Below are positions 1-13,165 of a DNA stretch of 64,000 nt, one piece after another. The notes beneath the pieces were generated by a model, which worked only from the letters and a program-made list of their open reading frames with translations, did not search any database and was not told the origin of the DNA. Position 1 is the stretch's first letter; every line of letters begins with the position of its first letter. Made by a program: the position numbers and the translations under genes. The stretch is from Geosiphon pyriformis uo1 (Eukaryota; Fungi; Glomeromycota). The stretch lies in assembly GCA_016748015.1 (NCBI GenBank), contig JAAOMT010000441.1, forward strand, positions 124,001-188,000, read 5' to 3'.

Positions 1-290
1 AGTTCAGTTGCTGGCTTTTCTTCAGTGTTTTTGGCTGGTGTGATTAAGTTATTGGAAATTGCAGATGCTTTGGGTGTTGGCTTTGGGTTTCGTAAATCTT
101 GTTTGTTTTTTTCTGGTATTGGGGACTTGGTCTCTATTAATATAAGTGTATAGTATTGTTCTGATTGACTTGAGTGGCTAGTCATGTGTAGTTAATACAT
201 GATTCGCACCTAGTTTAGATCATTTATATGATGTATAATACAAGGCCGTGTTTGGACCTCACTTACTAAACATAATAATAATAATAATAA
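1..290 (+). mobile_element. 3' end of a LINE (ORF2 C-terminus, 3' UTR, (TAA)n tail) running off the window start
   Basis: Frame 1 reads ...AGVIKLLEIADALGVGFGFRKSCLFFSGIGDLVSINISV* (stop 151-153), homologous to the ORF2 C-termini at 19149, 36866 and 37369. Followed by the shared GAGTGGCT.GTCA 3' UTR and TAA repeats at ~273-290. Confidence 0.9.
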
Positions 291-2082
291 ATTATTGTTT
301 ACTATTATTTTTTTTTGGTAACTAAAACTATAATTTTATTTATGTTTTTTTTAAAAATAAATATTAATTAGATAATCTTTTTAAATCTATTTACTATTAT
401 AAATAATTTTTAAATAATTAATATTTTTACTATAGTGCTTTTTATTATTATTAACAAATTAATATTTAAAACATAAAATTTTTTAACAAGTATTTTTATT
501 TTTTTCTTAATTATCTTAAATTTAATTTACTTTTTTTTAAAACAATAAGTTAATATAAAAAAAATTCACTTTTTTATTCTTTATATTAAAATCAATTATA
601 TCAAAAAAAATTTTATTCAACTTATTAGTATTTATTTTTTTTATTTTAAAGTATTTATTTAAAAATTCAAAAAAATTTTATATTTATTATTTATTATATA
701 TCTATTATTAATTATTAAAAAATTTACTATTTTTTTGTTAAATTTGTATTTATGTTTTTAAATTGATTAAAACTAATACTACTTAAAAATATTTTTAATT
801 TTAAATTTATTTTATTGTTTAAATATTTAATATTACTAACTAAAACTTTTGGTTTTTGTAATAAGTTATTATTAATAAAATCAAAAACAATGCTTTTAGC
901 AAACTTTTTTTTGTTATATTACCACTTATAGTAACTGTTAAATTTAAAACAAAAGAGTTTATATTTTGTAAAATAATAAAAAACATAAAAAAATAAAAAC
1001 AAAAAACTTTTTTGTAAAATTTTAAGTATTTTTTTTTACAGTCAAAAAATTAATATTTTTAATAAATAATTTATTAATAAAAACCATAATTGTTTTTAAA
1101 GTATTTTATTTAAATTTATTGAAAATTTTTACTATTTTTTAAATTAAAACTTGTTTTTTTATTAAGTTTAAAATATGTTTTTTAATATTAGTTTTAATAT
1201 TTTTATTTTTTTTAATATTGTTTAAATTTTTTAAAAAATACATTATTAATTTTTTTAGAATTTTTAATTTTTTGCTTATTTTTTTTGGTTTTTAAAACCA
1301 AAATATTTTTTAATATTTATATTACTTTTTTTTAATTTTTTTTAAATATATTACTATTAAAACCAATAGTTGTCAATTTTCAAAAAATAATTTATTATTA
1401 GATAAATTAATATTATTATAAGATAGAAAAGTAAAATATAATTTTTTCTTAAATTTATTAGGTTTTTTAAAAAAAAAAAAGTTTTTGTTAATTTATATAT
1501 ATTATTAATATTTAATATTAATTTTAAAATTTTACGCATTTATTTATAATTATTATAACTGTTTGCCCATTTTAAAATTATAATATAAACAAAATTAAAA
1601 ATATTTGATTAAGTAATATATTTTTTGTATATATATTTTTTTAATAATAATTAATTTTAAAACTAAGTTGTATTTAGAAAATAATAAAATAATAAAAAAG
1701 AATTGTTAACTATATTAAATATTAAAAAATTTTGGCATATATTACAAAAAATTACAATTTTATAAATAAATTTTCAGTTATTAAAATGGAAAAACCACAT
1801 ATATTGAAAGTTGGTTTTGTTCTTATTGCTTTGCATTAAAAACATGAGTGACAATAATGACATTAGCATTTTAAAAAATTACAAAGTAATAACGTGTGCT
1901 GCCATAACTTGGTGGCGGTGTAACTAATAAACCAATTTTTTTTTGTACATATGTCAAAACAAATTTTAAGGCACCAACATTTTCTACAGGCGTGTGCCTG
2001 TGCGCCTGTGCACCTGTGCACCTTCTTTATTTAAAAGAGCTTGTAGCTTTTTACATTTTACCTCGCACCTTTCCCTTACTTA

Positions 2083-2182
2083 TTTCCTTCCTTTCTTCCT
2101 TCCTTTCTTTCTTCCTTCCTTCCTTCTTTCCTTCCTTCCTTCCTTTCTTCCTTTCTTCCCTCCTTCCTTCCTTTCTTCCCTC
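2083..2182 (+). repeat. Polypyrimidine (CTTC/CTTT)n microsatellite upstream of the GH17 gene
   Basis: About 100 nt of C/T only. Preceded by a short CCTGTGC(A/G) x3 repeat at ~1996-2022. Confidence 0.9.
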
Positions 2183-2605
2183 TATTCATCATCCACCCAC
2201 TATCACAACCACTCTTTCCAAGGCCTTCCCATCACTTTTTATCATTACTCTTTCTTTCTCTAGTTAAAGCCGTCGTTTTTCCACAAGATTTTTCTCATCC
2301 TTTCCTTTTTTATTTGGGTCTGTTTTCGCTACTCTTATTATGTATTATCTTGATTGTTCTTTAGCCTAGATTACTTTATTATCGATTCTTTTCGGGTAAA
2401 TGCTTCTTAGCAATTAAACGATTTCAGTCTAAACTTTTGATACTTGAGTACATATATTTTCTCATTAAAACTTTGAACCGAAATTTTTCCTTTAGCATCA
2501 CATAGAGGTGAGTTTCAAGTCTCGCGAGATTGAATGGCAAGACCAATTTCTTTTGTTCTCTAGTTGACTAATTCATTTTCTGAAGCCTCACTACAGTTCT
2601 AAAAA

Positions 2606-3968
2606 ATGGTAGATCCAAATTCCAGTGATTGGCTTCAAGCCCAACAGCGTACTACTCGAAGGACTCGATGGACTCGATTTGCCATCATCATCGTATTAGC
2701 GATTATTATTGTTGGGGTTGGGTACGCACTTACACATAAATCTAGCAAGAATTCTGAATTAAATAGTAGTGACACAAATACTCAAAATTTGGGTAGCACT
2801 AATGGACCATTAAGCAGTGGACAGAGTACAAATAAGAATAGTAGTAGCTCTAATTCTTCTAGTCATATATCGCTAAACACATCAAATCAAACTTTTCTGA
2901 CTTGGGATAAAAAGCCCGTTAATCTGCAAATAACTCCGAATCCTGCGTTCAAAAAGTCATTTTACGGATTGAATTATGGACCGGTTAATGCTACTTTTCC
3001 GTGGTGCACTAATACTTTAGGCGATGTGATTGAGGACATAAAAGTTTTGTCTCAATTGACAAATCGGATTAGACTTTATGGAATGGATTGTAACGCGGCT
3101 AATCAAACGATTATGGCGATCAAATTGTTGAACTTGAAGATGACAGTAATCCCTACCATTTGGATCGACAATAACATGACAACCTATGAAAGGCAATATA
3201 ATGATTTATTCAATAATTTGAAGGAACATGGGTTTAGCTATATCGAAGGAATCTCTGTAGGAAATGAAGGTATTTTGAGCTTTATTGATTTGGAATAATT
3301 TATAATCAGATAATCAACCACAATTCCAATTTCCGTTTGATTGGGTTTTTCAATTTTAAAACCGAAAATTGATTCAAGACTGAAATCAAATCAACTACAT
3401 TACTTTTATAGTTGTTTTCCGAAAAGAGATTCCAACCTCAGACCTCTATGCACGCATAGCTGATGTCCGTAAAAAGGTCCTAGCGATGCCTGGTGCGCCA
3501 CAAAACATCCCCATTTTTACATCTGACATCGGATCTAATGTAGACCAAGCATTTGTCTCGGCTACTGACGTGATTTTTGCTAACATACATCCTTATTTTG
3601 GTGGGGTTACAGCTGATCAGGCAGCCCAATGGACCTTTAACTTTTTCGAAGAGTTTGATGTCGCACCAGCAAGCAAACAAAAGAAATTAGCAGTAATGTC
3701 CGAAGTTGGCTGGGCGACTAGAGGAGATAAGGACAAAGAAGCAGTCCCATCCATTCCAAATCTTAAAATCTTTTTGGATACTTTCATTTGTGCTGCAAAT
3801 AAGAAAGGCTATCGCTATTATTATTTCGAATCATTTGATACCCCATGGAAAGAAGAGCGTTTCACTGTGCTAGAAGGTGCCTGGGGTCTCTTTTCACCAG
3901 ATCGAGTACTTAAACCTGGTCTTACCATTCCTGATTGTCCACCTACCGTTCCAAATCTCAGAACATAA
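2606..3968 (+). CDS. GH17 endo-1,3-beta-glucosidase/glucanosyltransferase, type II membrane-anchored (BtgC-like); join(2606..3269,3412..3968), ~406 aa
   Basis: N-terminal TM helix (FAIIIVLAIIIVGVGYAL), S/N-rich stalk, and GH17 motifs YGLNYGP, IRLYGMDC, VGNE (acid/base), ANIHPYF, SEVGW (nucleophile), YFESFDTPWK. A GT..TAG intron at 3270-3411 joins the two ORFs in frame (GNE-VVFRKE). Confidence 0.92.
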
Positions 3969-5159
3969 AATTTTGCAATATTAGTGTATATGTTGACATA
4001 GTTCGAGATTTTTGATCATTGCATAGATTACCAATTTTTGCTGCTTTCATCCACTTTTAATTTTTTAATATGATTTCTGGTTAAATCATTTATTTTAACA
4101 ATCAAGCTTTTGAAAAATTAAAATGTATTTATTGGTAACAATATTATGTTTGTTTTTGGTTTATTATATTGTTTGTATTTGTTTTCTGCATTTTTTGTTT
4201 ATTTAACTTTGCTGTAATTTCAAAAAATACATCAATAAATATTATTATTTTATAAAAAGTTGGCAAATATAAATTGTATTAACAAGTTTATTTTTTAAAA
4301 ATATAATTTTGTTTAAAGTTAAAAAAAACCATTGTTTTGAATTAAAACCCTGGCATAAATAAATAACACGAATCACGTTTTTTAGGTAAGCCTTGTGGTG
4401 TATTTGTTGCATCATGGTGATTATAAATTTGTTTTCGCTTGAGTTAATTAAAAATAAATAGGTGAAATCATTTTTGGATGGCCCATTTTTTGTCCGCTCC
4501 CATTCTTCACATGGCTTTGCGATGTTCTTGACCCCCTCCTGCCATTTCTCTTTTTTTTTCCCACAACTAACAATGATATCTGCAAGTTGTTTCGTGTATT
4601 TGGTGAAAGAGATCACAGTTTTATCGGGTACCTAAGACAACACTAAAAAATTATTCAGGAATCCAAAAAATAAAAAGCAAAATTAAAAACCTAAATGAGA
4701 AACAAGGCAGAAGAATAATCCCCTGTCGTGTTTGTTCATTTTTTTGTGGCACCCATTTCCAGATTAAACATACAATCAATAAAGGAAGTGATCGTAACGT
4801 TCGCATTTGATGAATACTTTTATCTCATTTTTCAATTTTTAAAAATTTAATAAATCTAATATTTACCGTACACTAGATTTTGTTGATTTCCAATTGTCTT
4901 GAAACTCAATGAAAAATGAATGGCATTGACAATCCCAAGATTTCCATCGAACTACCCCAAAATTGCCACTTTGCAATGGATTGAAAATAGAAGATACTCA
5001 TACTAATAGCACCAAATTTAATACTACTCGTACATAACAGATAAAGTAAATACAATAGTACATTGCTCACTAAACATAGAGAATCAAGAATTATCCTTGT
5101 CACAAAATATTTTTAAGAGTAACGTTAAGCCCGTGTGCACGATGATAGTAATTCTGTAA

Positions 5160-6900
5160 TTATTCTTTTTTCATGTCAGAATGAATTTCTTTCAAAACCT
5201 GGATAAAACTATTGAAGGCCTCTACAATTTCTTGCCTGAATTCATCACTCCTGCGTTGGTATTCCTCCCATCGTTCTCGCTCTTCCTTTTTCCTTTCCTG
5301 TTCTTCTCTATGTTGTTTTTCCAAAAGTTCCAATAATTTTTCGACATGTGTCCTTGAATTTTTCTTTCTGCGTTTATCCATCCCAGTCCCTGATCCTCCA
5401 GTACTAGATGATGTTCTTTCATCCATGTTTAATATCGCTTCAGCTGCGGCACGTTTCAAAGCAATTGTCCCATTGGGATTAATACCATGTTGTGAAGACT
5501 CAGCAATAGGTGGTGACGTTGTTGCCGAATCCAAAGAAAAAAATGAAGATTCAAACCCAATTGACGGCATAGGTACTCGATCAATGGGAGTACTCTCTGG
5601 AGGGACATGATCAGGCATCATAGATGTAGGTTGATCATAATTCGTTATTGTTGATGATGATGATGATGTCGAGGAAGCACGACTAAAATATGTTGCAGTT
5701 TTCTCCTCATAAGAATTACCATTGGACTGGTGATGATTTTCATCCTCAACGATTAACTTTATCTCGTCGTTATACTCAAAAAGTACTGGAGTAACTCCCG
5801 GTTGCCCGTTACGCTGTTTAGTTGCTTTATATCGGCAAAACAATCTTTCCCATTGTTGCTAAATCAACAAGAAATATTGAAAAAAATAACAATGAAGAAA
5901 TAATTGATTTTAAAAATATATAATTTTATCGAAATATATTGGCGATCATCTTTGGCACTGAGGATTTTTAAGGTTATACCTGACATGAACGTTTACTCCT
6001 TTCCGGATAATTTCTATTATGTTCTTCCACTACTCTATCCCATAATTCCCCCTTTTGATTATTCGTACACGCTGCCTGAATGCTTTGATAATAACGATTC
6101 ATCGTATTCAAAAAATATTTCGTCTCAGTGTGACTCCAAACCCGTCGTGCTGTCACTTTTTTTGGCGTTTCAATTGGCACTCCATCAGGTTGCATTATTA
6201 AGCCTGGTAATGATATTGTGTTTGTGATATTTTGCTGCTGCTCTTGTACCTGTCTTAATGGGTTACTTTTTTGCTGCTCATCGTCTAGTGGTTGCTCTTG
6301 CTGCTGAATGTGCTGCTCTGACTTTTGTTCCTGATGTTCTAGTTGCTGAAAGTGTTCCAACCCGGTCTGCTGCATTTGTGATTGTCTTTCTTGTTCTCGT
6401 ACCTGTAGCTCATGTGTTTCTTGTTGTTGTTGCTGATCTTGGATTTCTCTTTGTTGTTGCTGATAACGTTGTTGCTCGTGTTGTGACTGCTCTCGCTGTT
6501 GAGCGCGTTGTCCATTATGATGGTTTTGATAATGATTCTGTTGGTAATGATTCTGTTGGGGACACAAACGAACACTCCGAGGGGGAGTGTCCAATGACAT
6601 TGGTGTAGCTGTTGATATTACTGGCACTGGAGAATTCCTTGGGGACATACAAGGTTTTTGCTCCTTTATATGCCGTGTTGTCATCATTGACATAGTGTTC
6701 GTTGCATTAGAAAACGTGTAAGGTGTTATTCCATCGAAAGTAACTCCTGTAAGCGGTGGTCTTGACAAAAAACGTTGCCCGCCATTATGATACATGTAGC
6801 CGAGAAGAGGAGGTGTTTGGGAGGATAGTGCGGCAGCAGCCGCAACTGCTGTTTGATTTTCCCAGAGTACGAGTGGTGGGGGTTGTCTAGCATTGGCCAT
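5160..6900 (-). CDS. Q-rich Myb/SANT-like (trihelix/GT-1 type) DNA-binding protein with C-terminal coiled coil; complement(join(5160..5858,5980..6900)), ~539 aa
   Basis: WSHTETKYFL...KGELWDRV...RSKRSCQ|QQWERLFCRYK Myb/SANT-like pattern, completed across a phase-0 GT..AG intron (5859-5979). Also a polyQ region, basic KRRKK motif and E/R-rich coiled coil. Confidence 0.82.
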
Positions 6901-7615
6901 AGTTCTTCGTTAGCTTTTCAAAAGTGAAACTTGGGAAGGGTCTGCTCGCGAAATTTCTTAGTGGACGCGTTCTCCACTATGTGAACTCATAATTTTATTG
7001 GAAGATTCCACGTGGTTTAAGTATGACGACACGTAGAGTTTTCCCAATTTACGCCATCCAGGCCAGGGATCCTGGTTCCGCATAATTCTGAAAGGAAGGG
7101 ATTTCGCGAGGACCAAAATAAATGAGTATGTTTTTTATAAGATCTACATTGCGGGTGATTTACTATTTACAAACAAACAAACAAACGAGCAATCCAAACT
7201 TGTTGAAAACAACCTGGGCATTAATTTAGTTAAAATTTAAAAAGATCAAGCAAAATTATAATGCAAATTTTTGTATTAATTTTCATATTTCTTTATTTAT
7301 AAATTATATATATTTTTATTGTTTAATAAGTGTGATTCAATTATTATCTACTAAAATACAATAATAAATACTTTAAAATAAATATAACTTATATGTAACC
7401 AATAAAATTATGTAAAAATTAAAATAATAACTAAAATTTTTTTTTAAATATTACCAAATTAATAGTATTCTTAAAAAACAGAAAAAATTAGCTTAATTTT
7501 TAAAATTAGATAATTTAATAATAAATTAGTTAAAATTACATATAAAAACATGGATTAATAGATTTGTAACAATCTCGGAAAAGCACGTGATTTAATATTG
7601 TGACACGCGACTTTG

Positions 7616-7690
7616 TTTGTTTCGTCGATCACTGCGCCGTATCTAGCACGTGTAACATGTGATATGTGGCGCAGTGATCGACGAAACAAA
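7616..7690. repeat. Perfect 23-bp inverted repeat forming a 75-nt hairpin
   Basis: TTTGTTTCGTCGATCACTGCGCC (7616-7638) and its exact reverse complement (7668-7690). The 29-nt spacer can pair further. Confidence 0.95.
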
Positions 7691-8676
7691 ATCTGTTTTA
7701 AATTATGTAATATTAATTCTTTTTATTGGTTAAAAATAAATTATATATATTATATCACATGGTTTTTGAATTTAACATGTGTTATTTATATATTGTAATA
7801 CAAAAACACATCAAAATTTTTGGTATAACTGCTTTTATTTTTGTACAATAAAAGTTTTTTTTGTTTTAAACAATGTCTAAATTATAAAAAAAACTTATAT
7901 ACTATGAATATAAACATAAAAATTTGAGTATAAACTATAAATTCTAATGTATTAAAGACAACAGATTATGCAAAATTTAACTCTTTAAACTATTTTAAAT
8001 AATATTTACTTGAATATATCAATTAGTAATATAGTTAATAGTATATTAGCAATTTTAAATATGATATTTTATATGTTATGTATTATATTAAAGTTAATAT
8101 TTTGGTATAAATATAGAGCAAAAAAAAATAACCAGTTTATTTTTAAAAAAATATATATATATATGTTTAGTAAAAGACCATGTGTTAAAAAACTAAAATT
8201 ATTTTTATTTTAATTTAGAACTTATTTCTAATATAAAACTAACTAATTAATTCTAAAATCATATTAGTGAAAACCTATTCCAATTAATTAACCAAGTGCC
8301 TATAAATAAAGATAAAATCTTTGGTTAAAATTTCAATTATATTTAATATCAGATTTTTTTATATTTATTTAGCTGTAAAACTTTGCATTAGTTATGCTTT
8401 TGAAACATAAAAAAATGTCAATATAATTATAAAAACCTATAGTAAACAACAAGAATTTAAAGTTATCCAAAAGAAATTAGAATAATATTTAAACAGCAGC
8501 ATTAAACATCACACTTTTGAATGCAAATTTAGCAGCCAATATAAACCAATAAAAAGATTAACATTTAAAATTATCAAAATATTAAATCAAAACATCAAAA
8601 ATATAATTAGCATATCAATGTCAACTGTATTAAAAACTTATACAAAATAACTCTTATTACTCTTAACAATACACAC

Positions 8677-9655
8677 TATTACCAGACAAAATTAGAGATA
8701 TTGTTTAGCATGAAATTACTCTTATAACTCTTATCATTAATTAGCATATATTATTATTTCAAATCATCACTTATTACATTAGCAAAATGTCTGAAATTAT
8801 CATTTAACTAATAACCCAATTTGTATATAACACAAATGTAACCTAAGTACAATGATCAATTATGCAATACCCTGAAATATGTAACATTCAAAAGTTCACT
8901 GAAATTTGTAGAAATTTGTCGAAATAATTGATAGTTCACTGAAATATCTAATAGTTCACAGAAATAACTTGTAGTTCACCGAAATGTATCTTTAGTTCAG
9001 CAAAATTGTAGAAAAGAGCAAAGTTCAAGTTCATAGAATAGTGTTACGACAAGTTGTATAAAAGAAGAGTTTTTCTCTTTGAGAAAATGTATCTTACTTT
9101 AGATTTATTACTTAGAACCATTCCTATACACACAAAAAGAAATAAATATCAAATAATTCAAAAAACCAAATTCTTTAATTATTGCACTTGAAAAATCCTC
9201 AAAACCCAACTAACGTTTTAAAATTGATTAGCTACCAATTTCAATAATCTGTTAATGACTCCAGGCCTGGATAGAAAAACATTTTCCTTGATAAAATCCT
9301 ATTTCTTTTATATTTCTTTTATTTTTTTTTCTTTTCTTATTACAATCATTAAGGTAGCCTACAGACGAGATTCCTGTAGAAGAGTTGACTTTCACAGCAA
9401 AGTAACTACACATTTTTAGTGAGCTTTCAGACAAGCAATTCCTGGGAAAGAGTTGACGTTTACTACAACGTAACTATATAAAGTAACTGGCAAGGAATTG
9501 GCCATTCTACTTATAAGCCCAGCAGTTCAAATTATAGGAGATAATTTGAAGATAAATTCAGTTACTGGAGGTTTAACCACATCCAAAAAACGTGAATTTA
9601 CAGTAAACAAGCATCGACAACATTTAAAAAAAGAGACCAAAAACCTCTGGTAACA
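8677..9655. mobile_element. Solo LTR, family 2, with 4-bp TSD ACAC
   Basis: Ends T(A)TTACCAG...CTGGTAACA (terminal inverted repeat, TG..CA with one G>A change). ACAC on both sides (8673-8676, 9656-9659). Colinear homolog at 14475-15440. Internal ~20-bp GAAAT..TAGTTCAC repeats at ~8890-9000. Confidence 0.82.
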
Positions 9656-10315
9656 ACACAATCATTCATTATATTTTAATACTAAAAAATATGTTTTAAT
9701 ATATTGAAAATTTTCAGATAATATTCTTTAGAAAATCTAATTTTTCATAAAATATACAAATTTATTAATTACTATCCAAAAAAAATTATTAAAAGTAAAA
9801 TTTCTAACAGCATCTATTCTTAATTGTGACTTTACAAATGCAATACAAAGATTTAAAATTCATAATAACAAAAAACACAATACATTTTGCTTGTTGACAA
9901 CCCATATAAATTGCAAATTAAATGATCTCAAATAGGTTATAAAGTTTAAAATTAATGAAAATTAGCTTATTTGTACATTTTAAATGTTTCTTGTACAAGT
10001 TGTTTTTTGGTTAGAGTACTATAATATTGTTTTAAATAACAATATAACAAAAACCAACTGTTATTAGATACCACTTTTTTTTTTCTTATTGTAAATAATA
10101 ATATAAAATTCTGCTTTATTGTACAAGTTTTTGTATTAAATAAAACTACTAAATCATATACAGTGAACTCTTTTTATAATCACATCTTTTAGTCAGCACA
10201 TTTGTGGTAACTATAGAGAGATAAAACTATAAAAAAATAATTAATATCTTATCACATAATCTATATATTATATGCATAATATAATAACTAATTATATATA
10301 TTTTATTTAAAAAAG

Positions 10316-11860
10316 CTATCTATTTGCAATTGTTTTTTTTTTTTGAACTTTGAGAACAGTATTATGAATTAATGTTCTCAAAGTTTTAAAAAAGTTTGAA
10401 TCAACTTTTTTACTATACTGCTCTTCACAATAGCACAATGTATTTTCAAGTGCAGTTTTACCTTGATGTATAGATAGCAAAGGCAAAGATTTATTTTCAT
10501 CTTCACTTTCTAAATCTTCATTTGCATTAGAATTTCTACTATATTTGTTGTTAATAAGATCCACAATTTTATTTTCTAAGGCATAAGTAAATAATGGTTC
10601 AAACTTGTCAATATTAATGAAGTCTATTGCTAATAGCTTGTTAATATCAACATGCTCAATAAAAATTTGTATTTTTTGTAGGAGTTCTTGTTCAATATCT
10701 AATAAATGGGCTAGTATTTGACTATTATTCAGAATTCTTGTATAATATCAACAGTTTTGGATTGTAATTATTGTTACCATTGATCACACATCAATTAGAA
10801 AGTCAACTGCATTTTTTAATGTTACTATTGATATTGAAATCTTGTCATTATACTGATTAATAAGATGAAAAAGAAACAACTTTTGGTATTGTGTCTTAAA
10901 GGATACAATAATTCCTGTATTTAATGGTTGCAAATGAGATGTTGTATTGGATGATAGGTATTTAATCATAATATTAGATAATACAAAAGGTTCTCTATTA
11001 TAAGAATTAGCATTATCAAGCAATAACAAAATCTTTTTTTTCTTGTGATGCATTTTTTCATTTAATAAATTAAGCCATTCACTAAAAATATCAGTTCACA
11101 TCTATGCTTTTGTATTGTAATAATAAGTAATTAGAAGTGCATTTATATTAATATTGCAAAAACATCATGGTTTTGTGGCTTTGCCGATAATTAAAGACTG
11201 CAATTTGATGCTGTCTATTGTATTACAAGCAAAAAATATGGTAATTTGACTCTTATTACACTTGGTGCCAGAAGTAGATTTTGTTGCCAAAGTTGCATTT
11301 GGTGGCATTCTAAAGAATAATTCTGTTTTATTGGCATTGTAAACATTATTTAGATCATATTTGCTGATAATCTCACACAGTTTCTTTTGTTCTTCTGGTA
11401 AAATTTCCAAGAGGACACTGTTTGCTTCACCATGTATCTTAATGTGGTGCAAATTATGACATTTCTTGAATCTTTTTAACCAATTATCTGATGCTTTAAA
11501 GTTATTTTCTTCCTAAAACTTTTCAGCAAACTTGAGGACTTTCATTTGTAAAATTTTTCCAATAAGAATACAGTTGGTAGCTAGTGCTTCAAGCATCCAT
11601 TTTTTCAGTACATTATTTATTTTTGAAAACATCTTTTTCCTGTTTTTTGTCAATTGACCAGAATTGTTAGATACATTCTTTTCAATCTATTAGTCTGATT
11701 TCACAAGTATCTTTGTTACAGTGAAGTGGTCAATTTTTAGATTAAATATTTTAATAAATCTATTTGCTAAGTAGTCAGAATGCTTTAGTTTGTACTGGCA
11801 GAGAGCTTTTTTAGTCTCCAAGGAGATTGCTACTTGTTTTTGGTTCGTGTTTTTTGACAT
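10316..11860 (-). pseudogene. Degraded pogo/Tigger (CENP-B-like, DDE_1) transposase
   Basis: Starts MSKNTNQKQVAISLETKKALC (ATG at 11860). Fragments HGEANSV, VYNANKTELFFRMPP (NADETGL-like), LLLLDNA and TSHLQPLNTGII (QPLD-like). Two catalytic Asp positions read Asn; multiple stops and frameshifts. Confidence 0.88.
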
Positions 11861-12123
11861 GTTAATAAGAACACACTTTTTATTGCATTTTGCTTTTATA
11901 ATGCATTAATATATCTGTTATGTCTCAAACGTCATTTTGCCTTATATCTAATCAAACATGTAAGGTGTTTCATGGCATATGAAGTGCTTTAGATTATAAA
12001 AAGCAGCCAAATTATAAAAATGAAGGTTTTAATCCAACTGTAGGATTTTAAGTACAAATAACAGATTCTCAGTAAAAAAAACCTAATTTTGATAATGCAT
12101 TTGCAACACTTTTTGTCTCTTAC

Positions 12124-12336
12124 CTCTAACTGATAATCAATAATGAAAGCTGTTAATTTGATTCTCCACATACTTGTATAATCATGTAGAAAATAGTACA
12201 ATGTCATGTTGTCAAGCTCTTCAAATACAACAATGCCTATATTAATTGGAATATTGATATAAAATACTTTGCACAATGTCAGGGATATCAGAGTGAAAGT
12301 CAACTGCAGTTTTTTAAAAAATGTCTTGATCATCAT
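12124..12336 (-). pseudogene. Captured, hypermutated N-terminal fragment of a TilS-like PP-loop ATPase (tRNA(Ile)-lysidine synthetase family)
   Basis: GIVVFEELDNMTLYYFL...IKLTAFIIDYQL reverts to GIAVSGGPDSMALCYLL...IKLTAFTVDHQL using only C>T/G>A reversals. Followed by a GTAAG donor at 12123. Confidence 0.6.
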
Positions 12337-12409
12337 AAGTCATGTGATTCGATATGTAATATATATAGGCATGCAATGGCTTCTGAATTAATGTATATGT
12401 TGTTTCTAA

Positions 12410-13165
12410 GAAAAATCTATCTGTTAAAAGTTACTTAGAATGGGCCCAAAATAAAACAGATCCCATGTTCAAGTTAAAGTATGAACAAGTCTTTTTTTAT
12501 TTACAAGCAATTATTAACTTTCGCACTAGAGTTCATTTCAATAGGTTTTCATTAAGACTCATGGCTAGACAAATGTTTGCACCAATTTGGTCTGCTTGGC
12601 ACTATTCTATTTACCAATTAATTGAAATTGCTAATGAAAAACAATGGCTATAGTTAAAATCTAAAGTTTGCAAGCTGATTCAAGAAAAAATTGTAATTTC
12701 TCAATCTAAACTTTCAAATCAACATCAAGGTCATGATGCAATACTTGAAGAAATTAACAAAATGCTCAAATTATTGATTCCTTCTATACCTTCACAACAG
12801 CATTGGGAAATTGCAGTGTGTAACTGTATCAAATTTAAGAGATTGCATATTAACCTCTTTAATGTCATTAGATATTCTAAAAGTGAAATATACAGGTCTT
12901 GTATATGTCCTAGCTTTATTGCTGAATTAAATTAATTTTGAGTTCAGATAAGAAAGACACAGTTTGTAAATCCAAATGTCTTTAATCATGTTTTTTGTGA
13001 TATTGGTTATAAATAGATATTAAGTAAAAAAATAAAAAAATTTAGTAAAATTGCACAGATGAAAAGAATAAACTTTCTTAAAGCAAGGCAAATTAAGAAA
13101 ACATTGTTAGGTACTTCGAAACCAATTCCAGTAACAAGTAAAGAAGCAGATTATCAAAAAATGTA
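12410..13165 (+). pseudogene. Degraded fragment of an uncharacterised protein (possibly another transposase C-terminal region) inside the pogo element
   Basis: Frame stays largely open across a few stops: YLEWAQNKTDPMFKLKYEQVFFYLQAIINFR...FAPIW...NQHQGHDAILEEINKMLK...HWEIA. Family assignment is only a resemblance. Confidence 0.45.

Noticed and set aside
1357-1539. Short I/L/K/N/F-rich ORFs in AT-rich tracts (also 4245-4616, 8010-8213)
   Set aside because: Composition-driven ORFs with no motifs or splice support.
1992-2267. F/L/S/P-rich ORFs of 89-91 aa
   Set aside because: Translation of the CTTC/CTTT microsatellite.
5212-6608. Plus-strand ORFs overlapping the Myb/SANT gene
   Set aside because: Antisense shadows of a low-complexity coding sequence with no independent motifs.
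8890-9000. ~20-bp periodic repeats resembling a CRISPR-like array
   Set aside because: Degenerate tandem units without unique spacers, inside an LTR in eukaryotic DNA; no cas genes.
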